Part shown: positions 1-9,786 of the stretch, piece after piece
Numbering within the stretch: position 1 is the stretch's first letter
How the letters are laid out: each line of letters opens with the position of its first letter
NCBI GenBank assembly: GCA_964632315.1
Contig: CAZWEM010000026.1
Span: forward strand, 1 to 55,610
Reading direction: 5' to 3'
Length of the DNA stretch: 55,610 nucleotides
From: an uncultured archaeon
GTDB lineage: Archaea; Asgardarchaeota; Lokiarchaeia; Sigyniarchaeales; SOKP01
Translations under genes and position numbers: made by a program
The notes under the pieces: generated by a model
Told to the model about the DNA's origin: nothing
The model's database searches: none
What the model saw: only the letters and a program-made list of their open reading frames with translations

Positions 1-98
1 ACATCGCAGAGGAAGTGGGAAAGCCAGAGGCAGAAATTGAGGTGGTCATCGATGATCTTGATGATTTGGGCCTTTTAAAGTTCATTGATATTAAATAA
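1..98 (+). CDS. 3' end of a CDS running in from the left edge (helix-turn-helix-like C-terminus)
   Basis: Open frame 3..98 reads IAEEVGKPEAEIEVVIDDLDDLGLLKFIDIK*, a winged-HTH-like pattern. Confidence 0.6.
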   Translation, partial: IAEEVGKPEAEIEVVIDDLDDLGLLKFIDIK

Positions 99-206
99 TT
101 TTCTAAATTCATATCAAAGATCTTTCTTTTTCTATAGATGCAAACTTTAAAGTTTTTATCAATTTCAGTGGAAAATGATTAAAAGTAATAGTATCATAAG
201 TTTTTT

Positions 207-443
207 GTGTGTGCTCGCACATTGTCATATACCTGGAGGTGTATGGCAAAAATGACTTGTGGGATAGGAAAAATTTTATCTGGTTCAGACTGGCCAATAT
301 TTACATACATCTTAACACAAGCAGAATGGGTTGAAGGGATCAAAAAATTAAAAATACCTCCTCCTTTGAAACTGATGGGAATTGAAGAATTTTCTGATGA
401 GGAAAAGAATGCAATATTGGAAGGAAATACTGCAGATTATTGA
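207..443 (+). pseudogene. C-terminal remnant of an amidohydrolase_2-family protein
   Basis: KILSGSDWP and EEKNAILEGN match the family C-terminal motifs (fGSDwP, eek..IlggNA); upstream frames are broken by stops. Confidence 0.6.
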
Positions 444-479
444 AATTATAATAAAAAAAATTTTTTGTAACTTAAAGAA

Positions 480-1313
480 TTAGGAGGGATATTTTGTTAA
501 GATCTTACTTTTCTTTTCTTTTACAACCTCTTTAGTTAATCCTAACCGTTCGATAAAATAATTAAAAAGTTTTTTCACATTACCAACAGTTATCACGTGG
601 TCGGGGCAAACTGTTACACAGTGCATGCAAGATATGCAGCACTTTCGATTAGCTTTCCCTAGTTCAGCATCGAACGCACTTACTGGGCATTCTTTTTCAC
701 ACAGATAACACATTCGGCATTCTTCTTGAGTTTTAAACGGATAAAAGTTTGCCCATTCACCCTTATTTTCTTTAGTTTTTTGGGGACGAAAAGAAAATTC
801 TGACAAATCAATTTCAAAATCTGAATCATTTTGAAATCGTGAAATTGATAATAATGCAAATTTCTTAGCAACACCGAGATCTAGCGCATTAGGGCGTTCT
901 TCTGCTAGACTCCAGCCCTTTGCGACGTTGAACGAATGCTTACCGATAAATTCTGCAGACAAGACTACCTTAAAATGCGCTCGAGTCAATAAGAAGTATG
1001 TTGACTGATGAGCCCATTCTAATGCACGCCCCCCATATGTAAAAAACATGGCACATTTTTGATGCTTTCCTTCGAGTTTGGTCAACCATTGTTCAGCAAC
1101 AATAGGGATTTTGCCTCCAAAGACCGGAAATCCGAAGAAAATTCCATCAAATTCTAAAAAGTCAACTTTTTTTTCTCGACTCTTAGGAGTAATTATGCTT
1201 TGAAGGAACACAGTATGTTTTTCATTTTTTAGGGTGTTAGCAATTTGTTTAGAGATAAGCTCAGTGATTCCAGTGGCGGAGAAATAAAAAATTCCGATAT
1301 TCATTAGTTTCAC
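480..1313 (-). CDS. EFR1-type flavodoxin/4Fe-4S ferredoxin fusion
   Basis: N-terminal YFSATGIT flavodoxin loop; two CxxCxxCxxxCP motifs (CRMCYLCEKECP, CISCMHCVTVCP). Confidence 0.85.
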   Translation of the reverse strand: MKLMNIGIFYFSATGITELISKQIANTLKNEKHTVFLQSIITPKSREKKVDFLEFDGIFFGFPVFGGKIPIVAEQWLTKLEGKHQKCAMFFTYGGRALEWAHQSTYFLLTRAHFKVVLSAEFIGKHSFNVAKGWSLAEERPNALDLGVAKKFALLSISRFQNDSDFEIDLSEFSFRPQKTKENKGEWANFYPFKTQEECRMCYLCEKECPVSAFDAELGKANRKCCISCMHCVTVCPDHVITVGNVKKLFNYFIERLGLTKEVVKEKKSKILTKYPS

Positions 1314-1408
1314 CAGAAAGCTAGAGATTTAAGAGTTTTGTTAACAATTTGATTCATTAAAGTTCATCATGAATATTTTTTTAAGTTTTTGAAATTAATA
1401 TTTACATT

Positions 1409-1783
1409 ATGAATAAGGATGATTTTGAGGAATTATTTCAATTTCTTAAAAGTGTTCCATCGATTAAAGAATCTATGGCTAGTGGTATGGATAAAGGTTT
1501 ATGGTGGGTAAAATTTCAGATAAATATAGACCATCCGTTAGCATGGAATGTGGTGCAAGAAATGGGATACATCTTGAATTATCTTTCCTTAGAGGAGCGC
1601 TTACCGACAGTATTCAAACCAGTTTCTCCACCTCCTTACTTAAACGGAGGACCTAAAGAATTTTTATAATGGATCATTCAAGTAGAATCAAGATATTTTT
1701 CTCCTAATGAGGTTAGAGATTGGTTAAAAAGCCATTTACCTGAACCTGTCCAGAAAACTAAGAGTTGGAAAGTTCAGGGTTAA
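1409..1783 (+). pseudogene. Conserved hypothetical protein interrupted by an in-frame TAA at 1667-1669
   Basis: After GGPKEFL* the same frame continues WIIQVESRYFSPNEVRDWLKSHLPEPVQKTKSW to a stop at 1783 with protein-like composition. Confidence 0.65.
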
Positions 1784-1792
1784 AGTTTTACT

Positions 1793-1984
1793 TTAAATAA
1801 ACTTATAATACTTTACGAACTGATTTATGAAAGGGTTATATCGTAATCCGATCTCATATTGATAATTGCATTTAGGACAACGTAATAAGGAGGCATTGAT
1901 TCCAAAGCTTCCCTCGCAATGGTTTTGTAGCATTTCAGTGCCACATTTATCACATAAAATCACTTTCGAATCTGCCATGTTCAT
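1793..1984 (-). CDS. Small zinc-ribbon protein (~63 aa)
   Basis: CDKC...CPKC; likely start at 1984 or 1978, because the longer ORF overlaps rtcB. Confidence 0.6.
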   Translation of the reverse strand: MNMADSKVILCDKCGTEMLQNHCEGSFGINASLLRCPKCNYQYEIGLRYNPFINQFVKYYKFI

Positions 1985-2152
1985 TATTTTAATTTCAATC
2001 ATAAAAAGTCCACATCTTTTTAGAGAAGGAGAAATAACTGAAGTGGGCAAAGGAGAATAAAAAATGTAGAAAAATGAAAATCTTTTTGCAAAGATCCTCA
2101 AATAGATTTTAATCCAAAAATTTATGAAAGTTGACGTACTAATTAGGTTATT

Positions 2153-3625
2153 ATGAATGTCAACAAAATTGCTGACAATATATACGAGATTCAACCAACT
2201 ACGTTAATGTCTCGAGTCAAGGGCTCTATCGAGTCTTTTCAAATGAAAGTTCCAGTTCATATTTATGCGAATGAATATATCATGGAGAGGATTAGACAAG
2301 ATAGAACTTTAGATCAGATCAGTAATGTTGCTTGCTTACCTGGTATTGAGAAACATGCAATAGCTCTTTCAGACGCACATCAAGGTTATGGTTTTTGCAT
2401 TGGAGGGGTTGCAGGAACTAATACCGAAGATGGAATGATCTCACCGGGAGGAGTGGGATATGATATTAACTGTGGAGTGAGATTGCTTAGAACAAATTTA
2501 AGTCTTAATGAGGTAAAACCAAGGGTTCCAAAATTGTTAGATGCCATCTTTCGAAATATACCATCTGGATTAGGTTCAAAAGGGAAATTAAAAATAAATT
2601 ACAAGGATTTAGACAAAGTTTTAAATGAAGGATTAAATTGGGCTTTAAATGAAGGGTATGCACATGAAGAGGATCTTAAGCACTGTGAAGAGAATGGTTT
2701 CTTAAAAGATGCCAATGCGGAACTGGTTTCAGAGAAAGCGAAGCAAAGAGCGATTAAGCAACTTGGTTCACTAGGAAGTGGTAATCATTTCTTAGAGATC
2801 CAAAAAGTAGATAAGATCTATAATAAAGAAGTGGCAAATAAATTAGGGATAATGGATGAAAATCAAGTAACTGTTATGATCCATACTGGATCTAGGGCAT
2901 TAGGGCATCAAGTTTGTACAGATTCTTTGAGAAATGTCGAAAAGGGAATGAGAAAATATGATATTACTGTTCCAGACAGGGAATTAGCTTGCGTACCTGC
3001 AAACACTCCAGAAGCTCAAAATTATTTGAGTCAAATGGCTTGCGCCGCTAATTTTGGATTTAACAACAGACAGTTAATAACACATTGGATTCGTGAGTCT
3101 TTTGAAACTCAATTTAATAAAGATATTGATGAATTAGGATTACATTTAATATATGGAGTCGCTCATAATATTTTAAAACAAGAGGAGCATAATGTCAATG
3201 GGAAACGCATGAGATTAAATGTACACAGAAAAGGAGCAACGCGAGCTTTTCCCCCAGATCATCAAGCGTTACCACAAGATTATAAAAGCATAGGACAACC
3301 CGCATTAATTCCTGGTACAATGGGCTCAGCGTCATATTTATGCGTGGGAAGGCCAAAAGCAATGGATTTATCATTTGGGTCAACTGCTCATGGTTCTGGA
3401 AGGATGATGTCCCGATCAAAAGCTAAACGTAAATTTAGAGCACGAGATATAGAGATGGAATTAGGCAGTCGGGGAATAATGATAAAAGCAGCAAGTACCG
3501 ATGTTATATCGGAAGAAGCCCCTGGTGCGTATAAAGATATCGATCAAGTAGTCCAAGTAAGTCATGATCTAGGTATTGTCGAAAAGGTTGCTAGATTTGT
3601 CCCGATTGGAGTTGTTAAGGGATAA
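2153..3625 (+). CDS. rtcB: RNA-splicing ligase RtcB
   Basis: SDAHQGYG, GVGYDINCGVR, GSLGSGNHFLE, HTGSR, HRKGAT and HGSGR motifs. Confidence 0.97.
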   Translation: MNVNKIADNIYEIQPTTLMSRVKGSIESFQMKVPVHIYANEYIMERIRQDRTLDQISNVACLPGIEKHAIALSDAHQGYGFCIGGVAGTNTEDGMISPGGVGYDINCGVRLLRTNLSLNEVKPRVPKLLDAIFRNIPSGLGSKGKLKINYKDLDKVLNEGLNWALNEGYAHEEDLKHCEENGFLKDANAELVSEKAKQRAIKQLGSLGSGNHFLEIQKVDKIYNKEVANKLGIMDENQVTVMIHTGSRALGHQVCTDSLRNVEKGMRKYDITVPDRELACVPANTPEAQNYLSQMACAANFGFNNRQLITHWIRESFETQFNKDIDELGLHLIYGVAHNILKQEEHNVNGKRMRLNVHRKGATRAFPPDHQALPQDYKSIGQPALIPGTMGSASYLCVGRPKAMDLSFGSTAHGSGRMMSRSKAKRKFRARDIEMELGSRGIMIKAASTDVISEEAPGAYKDIDQVVQVSHDLGIVEKVARFVPIGVVKG

Positions 3626-4072
3626 TCAAATATCAAATACTACATCAATAATAACAAGATCAGATTTTTCTTCAATATTCATATAAGAATAAGTAATTGC
3701 TTTTACTTCTGTACCTATTTCATGTTTAGATTTATCAAATTTCTCTCCCCTCATATTCGCTTCTAAAATGTATCCATTCGCCCCTTTTTTTATTTTATTA
3801 ACAATTACTTTTGAAAAGATCAACCCTTCTACATCAAAAATATACAAAAATTCGCTTAAAAAATCAAATAGTAAGGCTTGCTTATCTTCGGCTTTTACTG
3901 TTATTGATTTGTTCACTATTGTTTTTATTTTTTTTAAGTTTGGTGAAATGGTTGCAATAAGACTATAAACTGCTTGTTCAAAAGCTTTTTCTAGTGTAGG
4001 TCCATAACACCTAGCTTGCACATCTGCAGTGTGATCTTTATATTCATAACCAGATTTCTTCATTTTTTTCAA
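3626..4072 (-). CDS. Archease (RtcB activator)
   Basis: DHTAD N-terminal motif, EVKAITY and C-terminal VFDI; adjacent to rtcB. Confidence 0.95.
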   Translation of the reverse strand: MKKMKKSGYEYKDHTADVQARCYGPTLEKAFEQAVYSLIATISPNLKKIKTIVNKSITVKAEDKQALLFDFLSEFLYIFDVEGLIFSKVIVNKIKKGANGYILEANMRGEKFDKSKHEIGTEVKAITYSYMNIEEKSDLVIIDVVFDI

Positions 4073-4163
4073 TTCGTTAGAGTTTGAGTTTAAGAATATT
4101 AATTAAAACCCATTATTATTTTCATGGGTAGTTTATAATCTTTTTTGAAAAGATAACTAATGT

Positions 4164-4682
4164 ATGTTGGATATAAATTCGGGAATTATAGATGACGATG
4201 ATTCATTTTTTAATCAGCGCTTAAGCATCAAGAAAAGATATACTAATCGTGAAATTTTACTTCATCATTATTTTTATGAAAGGTGCAAACTATATCCGAA
4301 AAATATCATCATAATCAATAATTTTGTATTCTTCTTCATAGAAAATCAACATTATTTTAATGCTAAGGATTTTCTTCCATTAATGAGAAGACAAATGCAA
4401 AATAGGAAATTATTAATTATTCGTGATGAAAATACTCTTATCAGGCTACTTTATAATTTTTTTCCTGATCCGTATGTACATGATATAAGAGTTTATCGAA
4501 ATATTTACGCTGGTAGAATAGATATCGTTGTAGGTTTTCTAAGTTTTGTTGATAGAGGAATTGCAATTGGTTGTAAGGGGAAATATATAAAAGCAGTAAA
4601 TATTTTATTTAAAAAATATGTAATTTTTGATAAGGATGATGGTTTTCGTGTAAATATTAAATGTGAAGTGATCAAACTTTAA
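4164..4682 (+). CDS. Divergent NusA-like KH-domain protein
   Basis: DRGIAIGCKGKYIKAV resembles the archaeal NusA second KH motif (dkg.AIGkgG.nik); the first KH motif is degenerate. Confidence 0.6.
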   Translation: MLDINSGIIDDDDSFFNQRLSIKKRYTNREILLHHYFYERCKLYPKNIIIINNFVFFFIENQHYFNAKDFLPLMRRQMQNRKLLIIRDENTLIRLLYNFFPDPYVHDIRVYRNIYAGRIDIVVGFLSFVDRGIAIGCKGKYIKAVNILFKKYVIFDKDDGFRVNIKCEVIKL

Positions 4683-4683
4683 A

Positions 4684-5451
4684 TTACCATGGCACATCTT
4701 TCCATCCTACAATATAAGCAACTGTGTTTGCTATTATGCTGATAGAGGGAGTAATTATTAACAAGAATATGATGATATTTGGATCAGGTGCATAATATAT
4801 TCCGGGAAAAATGAACGCAGGTATCGAAGCTATAAGAATTGCTCCTAACACAAAATCTAATTGATCAACCCCCCAAAATGGTGCTCCACTTGGATAATTT
4901 AATCTTCGTTTTAAAAAGGATCCCGCTAAATCTCCTAATACTGCTCCATATGAACAAAGTATAATCCTTAATATTAACATAAAAATTCCGATTGGAAAGG
5001 GTCCACCAAGGAAATAGAATTCATAATAGTTTAAATTAGAGTATAAGACAAAAAAACCCTGTTCTGCAGTTTGGATTGGTATTAATCGAATAAATGGCCA
5101 GAGGAGGTAAAATAAAAGAGAAATACCTAAAGAAATAGGTATTCCAACATATAATGGCCCTTTAATTAACCCATTTTTAGTTTTATGGTCTCCTAAAATT
5201 CTTCTACCATCTTTGCAGAATCTTCCACCATCTATTGGTTTGCCTCCACCTACTAATACCATTCCAGCATTAGAAATATATGCCGGTACGATAAATACAA
5301 GACTAAAAACTAATATCGCAATCCAATCAGTCCAGTTAAAAATGAGTGAAATAACAATGAAATTTAAGAAAATCAAGGTTGCACATGTAAGAGCTAAAAT
5401 TAGAGCAATCTGTGTATGTTTTTTTTTCTGTGCTTCGTCAGTTTCATTCAT
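4684..5451 (-). CDS. carS: CDP-archaeol synthase
   Basis: PAYISN, PIDGG..DGRRILGDHKT, GDLAGSFLKRR, DQLDF and C-terminal KDVPW; multiple TM helices. Confidence 0.92.
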   Translation of the reverse strand: MNETDEAQKKKHTQIALILALTCATLIFLNFIVISLIFNWTDWIAILVFSLVFIVPAYISNAGMVLVGGGKPIDGGRFCKDGRRILGDHKTKNGLIKGPLYVGIPISLGISLLFYLLWPFIRLIPIQTAEQGFFVLYSNLNYYEFYFLGGPFPIGIFMLILRIILCSYGAVLGDLAGSFLKRRLNYPSGAPFWGVDQLDFVLGAILIASIPAFIFPGIYYAPDPNIIIFLLIITPSISIIANTVAYIVGWKDVPW

Positions 5452-5706
5452 TAAAATCGATTAACACGTTTTAATGTAATTATATCTAAAAATTACTCAT
5501 CTAAATTAAATTTTAAGATTGCTCATAAGATTATAATAATGCTTTAATAATATTGGTCAACTAATAAGGATCTTTTAAATTTCCGACAATAATATAATTA
5601 TGTATCACTTAGGACGTAGTTAAGAGGCTTTATTAAAGCTTTAACATTAATACATAACTTCCTAATAAATAACTTTATAAGTATTTATTGCATTCGAAAT
5701 AATAAC

Positions 5707-5721
5707 ATTTCGAGTGGAAAT
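5707..5721. promoter_or_regulatory. Mini-ORB-like Orc1/Cdc6 binding site
   Basis: ATTTCGAGTGGAAAT pseudo-palindrome, one mismatch to the ORB core TTCCAGTGGAAA, ~40 bp upstream of cdc6 in an AT-rich intergenic region. Confidence 0.55.
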
Positions 5722-5761
5722 TAGATTGAAATTGGATGAATATATTAAAGGACTGATATGA

Positions 5762-7087
5762 GTGTTGAATAATCCAAAAAACAATGAGAATGGAAATTTT
5801 AGCTTTAATATTGATCGTTTTTATAAGAATTATTTAAAAGGACCAAAAATTTTTAAACAAAGGGAAGCCCTTGAACCGTCTTTTATTCCCGAAGAACTCC
5901 CCCATAGAGATAAAGAAGTGAAAATTATAGCAGGTTTAACAGCTTGCGCCCTAAGAGGAGATGTGCCACCGAATTTTCTGTGTTATGGCATGACAGGAAC
6001 TGGTAAAACCGCCACAATCCGTTATGTAAGCCAAAAAATAGCCCAACATTGTACAACTAATTCTCCTTGGTGGATATATATAAATTGTAATGTAGTGTCA
6101 ACTCCTTATAGAGTTTTAGCTCACATATATAATACTATTTCCAGAAAAGAAAAAATCCCTCCGACAGGTTTACCAAAAGACATAATTTTCAAGAAGTTAT
6201 TAGGTTTGATGGACTTATTTATCAATGAAAACATTTGTTTTTTAGTTCTCGATGAGATTGATATATTAATTGAAAAAAAGGGAGGAAATGAAATATTATA
6301 TGATTTAACTAGATTAAATGAAAATTTAGACACTTGTAGAGTTAGCGTAATAGGTATTTCAAATAAGTTAAAATTTATGAATTACCTCGACCCTCGAGTA
6401 AGATCCAGTTTAGGACAAGAGGAGTTAGTATTTCATCCTTATAATGCTAATGAATTAGCAGATATTCTTGAAGAAAGAGCAAAAGTAGCTTTCCAAGAAG
6501 ATTCTATAGGTAATGGGGTTATTCGATTGTGTGCTGGGTTAGCTGCTAAAGAACATGGAGATGCAAGGAAAGCATTACAACTGTTAAGAAAAGCTGGAGA
6601 AATCACAGAGAGAAATCATCGCAAATCTATATTAGAATCCGATGTACTGAAAGCTCAAACAGACATAGAAAAAGACCATATCACAGAATATATTTTAGGT
6701 ATGCCCCTACAAGCCCAATTGACATTGTTGGCAATCTATCTCATGAGTAAATATTCAAGCGACAATGTGATTACTTCAGGAGATATCTATGAAATACATT
6801 TAGAACTTACTAAAAAGCTAACGGGGGTCAAAGAACTAACCAAAAGAAGGATATCTGATTATATAAACGAACTTGTATTAGCAGGAATTATTACTGCAAA
6901 CACTAGATCAATGGGTCATTATGGAAGGACTAAAATTATTAATCTTGATGTAGATACTAAGTTGATCGAACGTACATTGTCGCAGATTAAACGATTTAGA
7001 ATGAGTGACATTCTAAGGCATAAACCAATTATATTACAAACCCATAAAGTGAAGGTAAGGAATAATGTGTTTAAAAAACTTCTTTAA
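5762..7087 (+). CDS. cdc6: Orc1/Cdc6 replication initiator
   Basis: PEELPHR, Walker A GMTGTGKT, Walker B LDEID, LDPRVRSSLG, GDARKAL and a C-terminal winged helix; GTG start. Confidence 0.95.
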   Translation: MLNNPKNNENGNFSFNIDRFYKNYLKGPKIFKQREALEPSFIPEELPHRDKEVKIIAGLTACALRGDVPPNFLCYGMTGTGKTATIRYVSQKIAQHCTTNSPWWIYINCNVVSTPYRVLAHIYNTISRKEKIPPTGLPKDIIFKKLLGLMDLFINENICFLVLDEIDILIEKKGGNEILYDLTRLNENLDTCRVSVIGISNKLKFMNYLDPRVRSSLGQEELVFHPYNANELADILEERAKVAFQEDSIGNGVIRLCAGLAAKEHGDARKALQLLRKAGEITERNHRKSILESDVLKAQTDIEKDHITEYILGMPLQAQLTLLAIYLMSKYSSDNVITSGDIYEIHLELTKKLTGVKELTKRRISDYINELVLAGIITANTRSMGHYGRTKIINLDVDTKLIERTLSQIKRFRMSDILRHKPIILQTHKVKVRNNVFKKLL

Positions 7088-7761
7088 TCAAAGCTCCATT
7101 CATTAATCTGATTAGCAATTTCATTTAAAAGCATTTTTATATTGGTTTCATCCTCATCTTTTAGCATTAGAAAAATTTTAGCTAAATGTTTACAAAACTT
7201 TTTATTCTTTGATTTACGAGTCTCAAAATCATGACAATCATGCTTGATATATTTGTTTTGTAAATTAATATTAATCAAATAAGGATTTTCTTTAGATCCC
7301 TTTACCCTTGCTTTTATAATTCCGTTATCGAGATCTTTTCTCAAATATTCAATATCTGATTGAAGAATGGAAGCTGTTCGAGTTAAGGTAGCATCATCAA
7401 CAAATATTCTAAATAGAATCGTAAAATCATTTGATTCATTTTTTGAGGCATTTTCAATCCGCTTAACTATTTGGATAGCTTTTAATTTTTCGCTAATTTC
7501 TTCCTCCCTTTTGAGTTGCCATTCCTCTAATTTCGTTTTCAAATTGTTTGAAAGAGATAAAATATTTTGAGTGGTTTTCAATAATAATCCTTTTTCTATT
7601 GCTAATTTAACAAACTCTTTAGCAGAGGTGAAATCATATAGGAAAAGATCAAATGAGAGTATATAAATCAAATCCTCTTGAGATATAGAGGGTAATCCAA
7701 TAATCTTCCAAACATAAAGAACCATTTCTGAAAGATTTTTACGAGGAATTTTAAGATCCAT
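7084..7761 (-). CDS. DUF2240-like N-terminal domain plus SWIM zinc finger
   Basis: LSFDL..AKEFV..AIEKGLL N-terminus; VKGS..PY...HDCHDF...FCKHLA SWIM pattern. Confidence 0.7.
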   Translation of the reverse strand: MDLKIPRKNLSEMVLYVWKIIGLPSISQEDLIYILSFDLFLYDFTSAKEFVKLAIEKGLLLKTTQNILSLSNNLKTKLEEWQLKREEEISEKLKAIQIVKRIENASKNESNDFTILFRIFVDDATLTRTASILQSDIEYLRKDLDNGIIKARVKGSKENPYLININLQNKYIKHDCHDFETRKSKNKKFCKHLAKIFLMLKDEDETNIKMLLNEIANQINEWSFD

Positions 7762-7783
7762 AAGTATTATAAATTAATTGATG

Positions 7784-9532
7784 TTAAATTTGTTTTTTGA
7801 AATCTAATATTTGAGGTTTTAATGTATCCAATTCTACGATTGGAACTATCCCTATTGTCGGTACGATTCCAAAACTTCTCATAAAATCTGTTTGTGCTTG
7901 GAAGCATCCGGAGTTTATGAGACTGACATTGCGATATTTTCCATAACCATTAATATGAACATGTCCAGTATGAAAAATGTCTGGAATACTATCGATTATT
8001 AACCAATCCTTTGACACTGGAGCTAGTTGTGTCTTCTCGCCAAAAACGGGTGCAAGATGTCTTGAAATAAGGAACTCTTTCATTGCTTCTACTGGTTTAT
8101 TTATATCTAAGTTGGGAATAAGCATATTTAAGTCATGCATTCCTTCTCCATGATATATTAGTGTATTGACTCCATGTGTATTGATTAAGGATGGATTACC
8201 TAAACATTGCACATCTATATCGAAAAATTCTTGGCAATATTGTTTGGGTACTGCGGGTCTTGGAATTGCATTTCTCACGGGTTCATGATTCCCAGAAACA
8301 TAAAAGATCTTTATATATTCCGGTATATCTGATAAAAATTCCATGGATTTTGTGTATTGCTGATAAATATCTGGAATTAAGAGATCATCAAACTGATTCG
8401 GGTAGACTCCTATTCCATCAACTAGATCTCCATTTATTATTATGTACTTAATTCTTTCAGCAATAGATCTTATATTCTTATTTCCTACGTTTCCATTTAA
8501 AAATTCAATAAATCTTCTAAACAAAGATTCCTCAAATTCTCTACTGCCAATATGAGTATCCGATATTAATGCTATTGAGATTGGATCTATTGAAGTATTG
8601 GGTTTGAAATCAGTTGGGATATCAATCTTTGTGAAACTATTCACAAAAACAATTCCTTGCTTGCCCTGATCACTAGGTTTATAATTTCCTTCAATATATA
8701 TCATTTGATCACATACAGTTCTTTCAATAGTTTTAAGATCATTTTTGTTTTCAATATCTTTATTAATTAAAACATTTAATTCTCCTGTTAAATCTTCTAA
8801 AACCAAAAGAAAATTATCATTTTTTGTTGTTCGAATACTTTTAATCAATCCCATCGTAGAAACTTCAGCACTGTTAGTTAATCTATTAATCCTTTTAATA
8901 TCCACAGCAGATAACACTTCAGGTCTCTTTTTCATTAAATTCTTCAAAGTATTATATTTGTCTGTCGTCATATCATAAAAATCTTCATAAGCTCCGTTAG
9001 TATATAACTTCCCTGTTGGATCTTTTAAAATTCTATAATCAAAATCATAATCTTTTGCATCTGGTTTGAAGCTTAATGAGCTTTTAGCTGAACTATTAAT
9101 CCTAACATCATTTTTTTTTGCTTCACTATTAATATCGTTAGAATCTGAAGAGCTTAACTTATTTTTTGGAAGTTTTAGACGTTCTCTTACTAATTGTGAC
9201 TTAGATTGACTACTTTTTATTTCGCTATTAAAATCAAGAGAATTCTCTTTTCTGGAGAGATCACGAGATTCATCCAATTTTGGAATTGGATTTAAAACAT
9301 CTCTCTTTAATACCTTTTGAATTTCCTTAACTGAAAGTTTTTTCAGAATGTCTACTGTTAAAGCTCCATTAAAATTTGGTAAAAAATTTATTTCTTTAAC
9401 TATTTTTTCAACAGAAAGTTGAGGAGAGTCAAGAGTTAAAATGAGTTCTAATGTTTTTGGGGTGATATTAATTCCTGCCTCAACTAGGAAATTAATGAGT
9501 TGACTTTTCAATACAGCATTCTTTTGATTCAA
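7784..9532 (-). CDS. polB: DNA polymerase D small subunit DP1
   Basis: OB fold LEDLTG; calcineurin-like motifs SDTHIGS, GDLVDG, GNHE, HG, RHLAP and HTGHVH; QTDFM. Confidence 0.95.
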   Translation of the reverse strand: MNQKNAVLKSQLINFLVEAGINITPKTLELILTLDSPQLSVEKIVKEINFLPNFNGALTVDILKKLSVKEIQKVLKRDVLNPIPKLDESRDLSRKENSLDFNSEIKSSQSKSQLVRERLKLPKNKLSSSDSNDINSEAKKNDVRINSSAKSSLSFKPDAKDYDFDYRILKDPTGKLYTNGAYEDFYDMTTDKYNTLKNLMKKRPEVLSAVDIKRINRLTNSAEVSTMGLIKSIRTTKNDNFLLVLEDLTGELNVLINKDIENKNDLKTIERTVCDQMIYIEGNYKPSDQGKQGIVFVNSFTKIDIPTDFKPNTSIDPISIALISDTHIGSREFEESLFRRFIEFLNGNVGNKNIRSIAERIKYIIINGDLVDGIGVYPNQFDDLLIPDIYQQYTKSMEFLSDIPEYIKIFYVSGNHEPVRNAIPRPAVPKQYCQEFFDIDVQCLGNPSLINTHGVNTLIYHGEGMHDLNMLIPNLDINKPVEAMKEFLISRHLAPVFGEKTQLAPVSKDWLIIDSIPDIFHTGHVHINGYGKYRNVSLINSGCFQAQTDFMRSFGIVPTIGIVPIVELDTLKPQILDFKKQI

Positions 9533-9786
9533 ATTTTAGCCTCTTAAAATGAAATCATTATATTAATTGAATTTTTAAATTATATTATTTTTTATTAAAG
9601 GAAAAACATATTTTCTTATATTGAGAGAGAGAGTATCTTTTTAACTCATTTATTTAAAAATTTGAAAACTCTATCTATTATTAAGCAAACTTTCAATTAT
9701 CCTATTAATAATTCCATTTAATTCTCTAAGATTCTTAAGAGTATCATAAAGCAGCATTCTTCAAACTAAAACCGGTATGTAAAGTT

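Noticed and set aside
163-174. Second ORB-like sequence TTTCAGTGGAAA
   Set aside because: Isolated, 5.5 kb from cdc6 and within a probable decayed coding region; likely chance
1985-2194. N-terminal extension of ORF 1793..2194, and similar short antisense ORFs inside long genes across the window
   Set aside because: They overlap well-supported genes or promoters on the other strand and have no motifs; shadow ORFs
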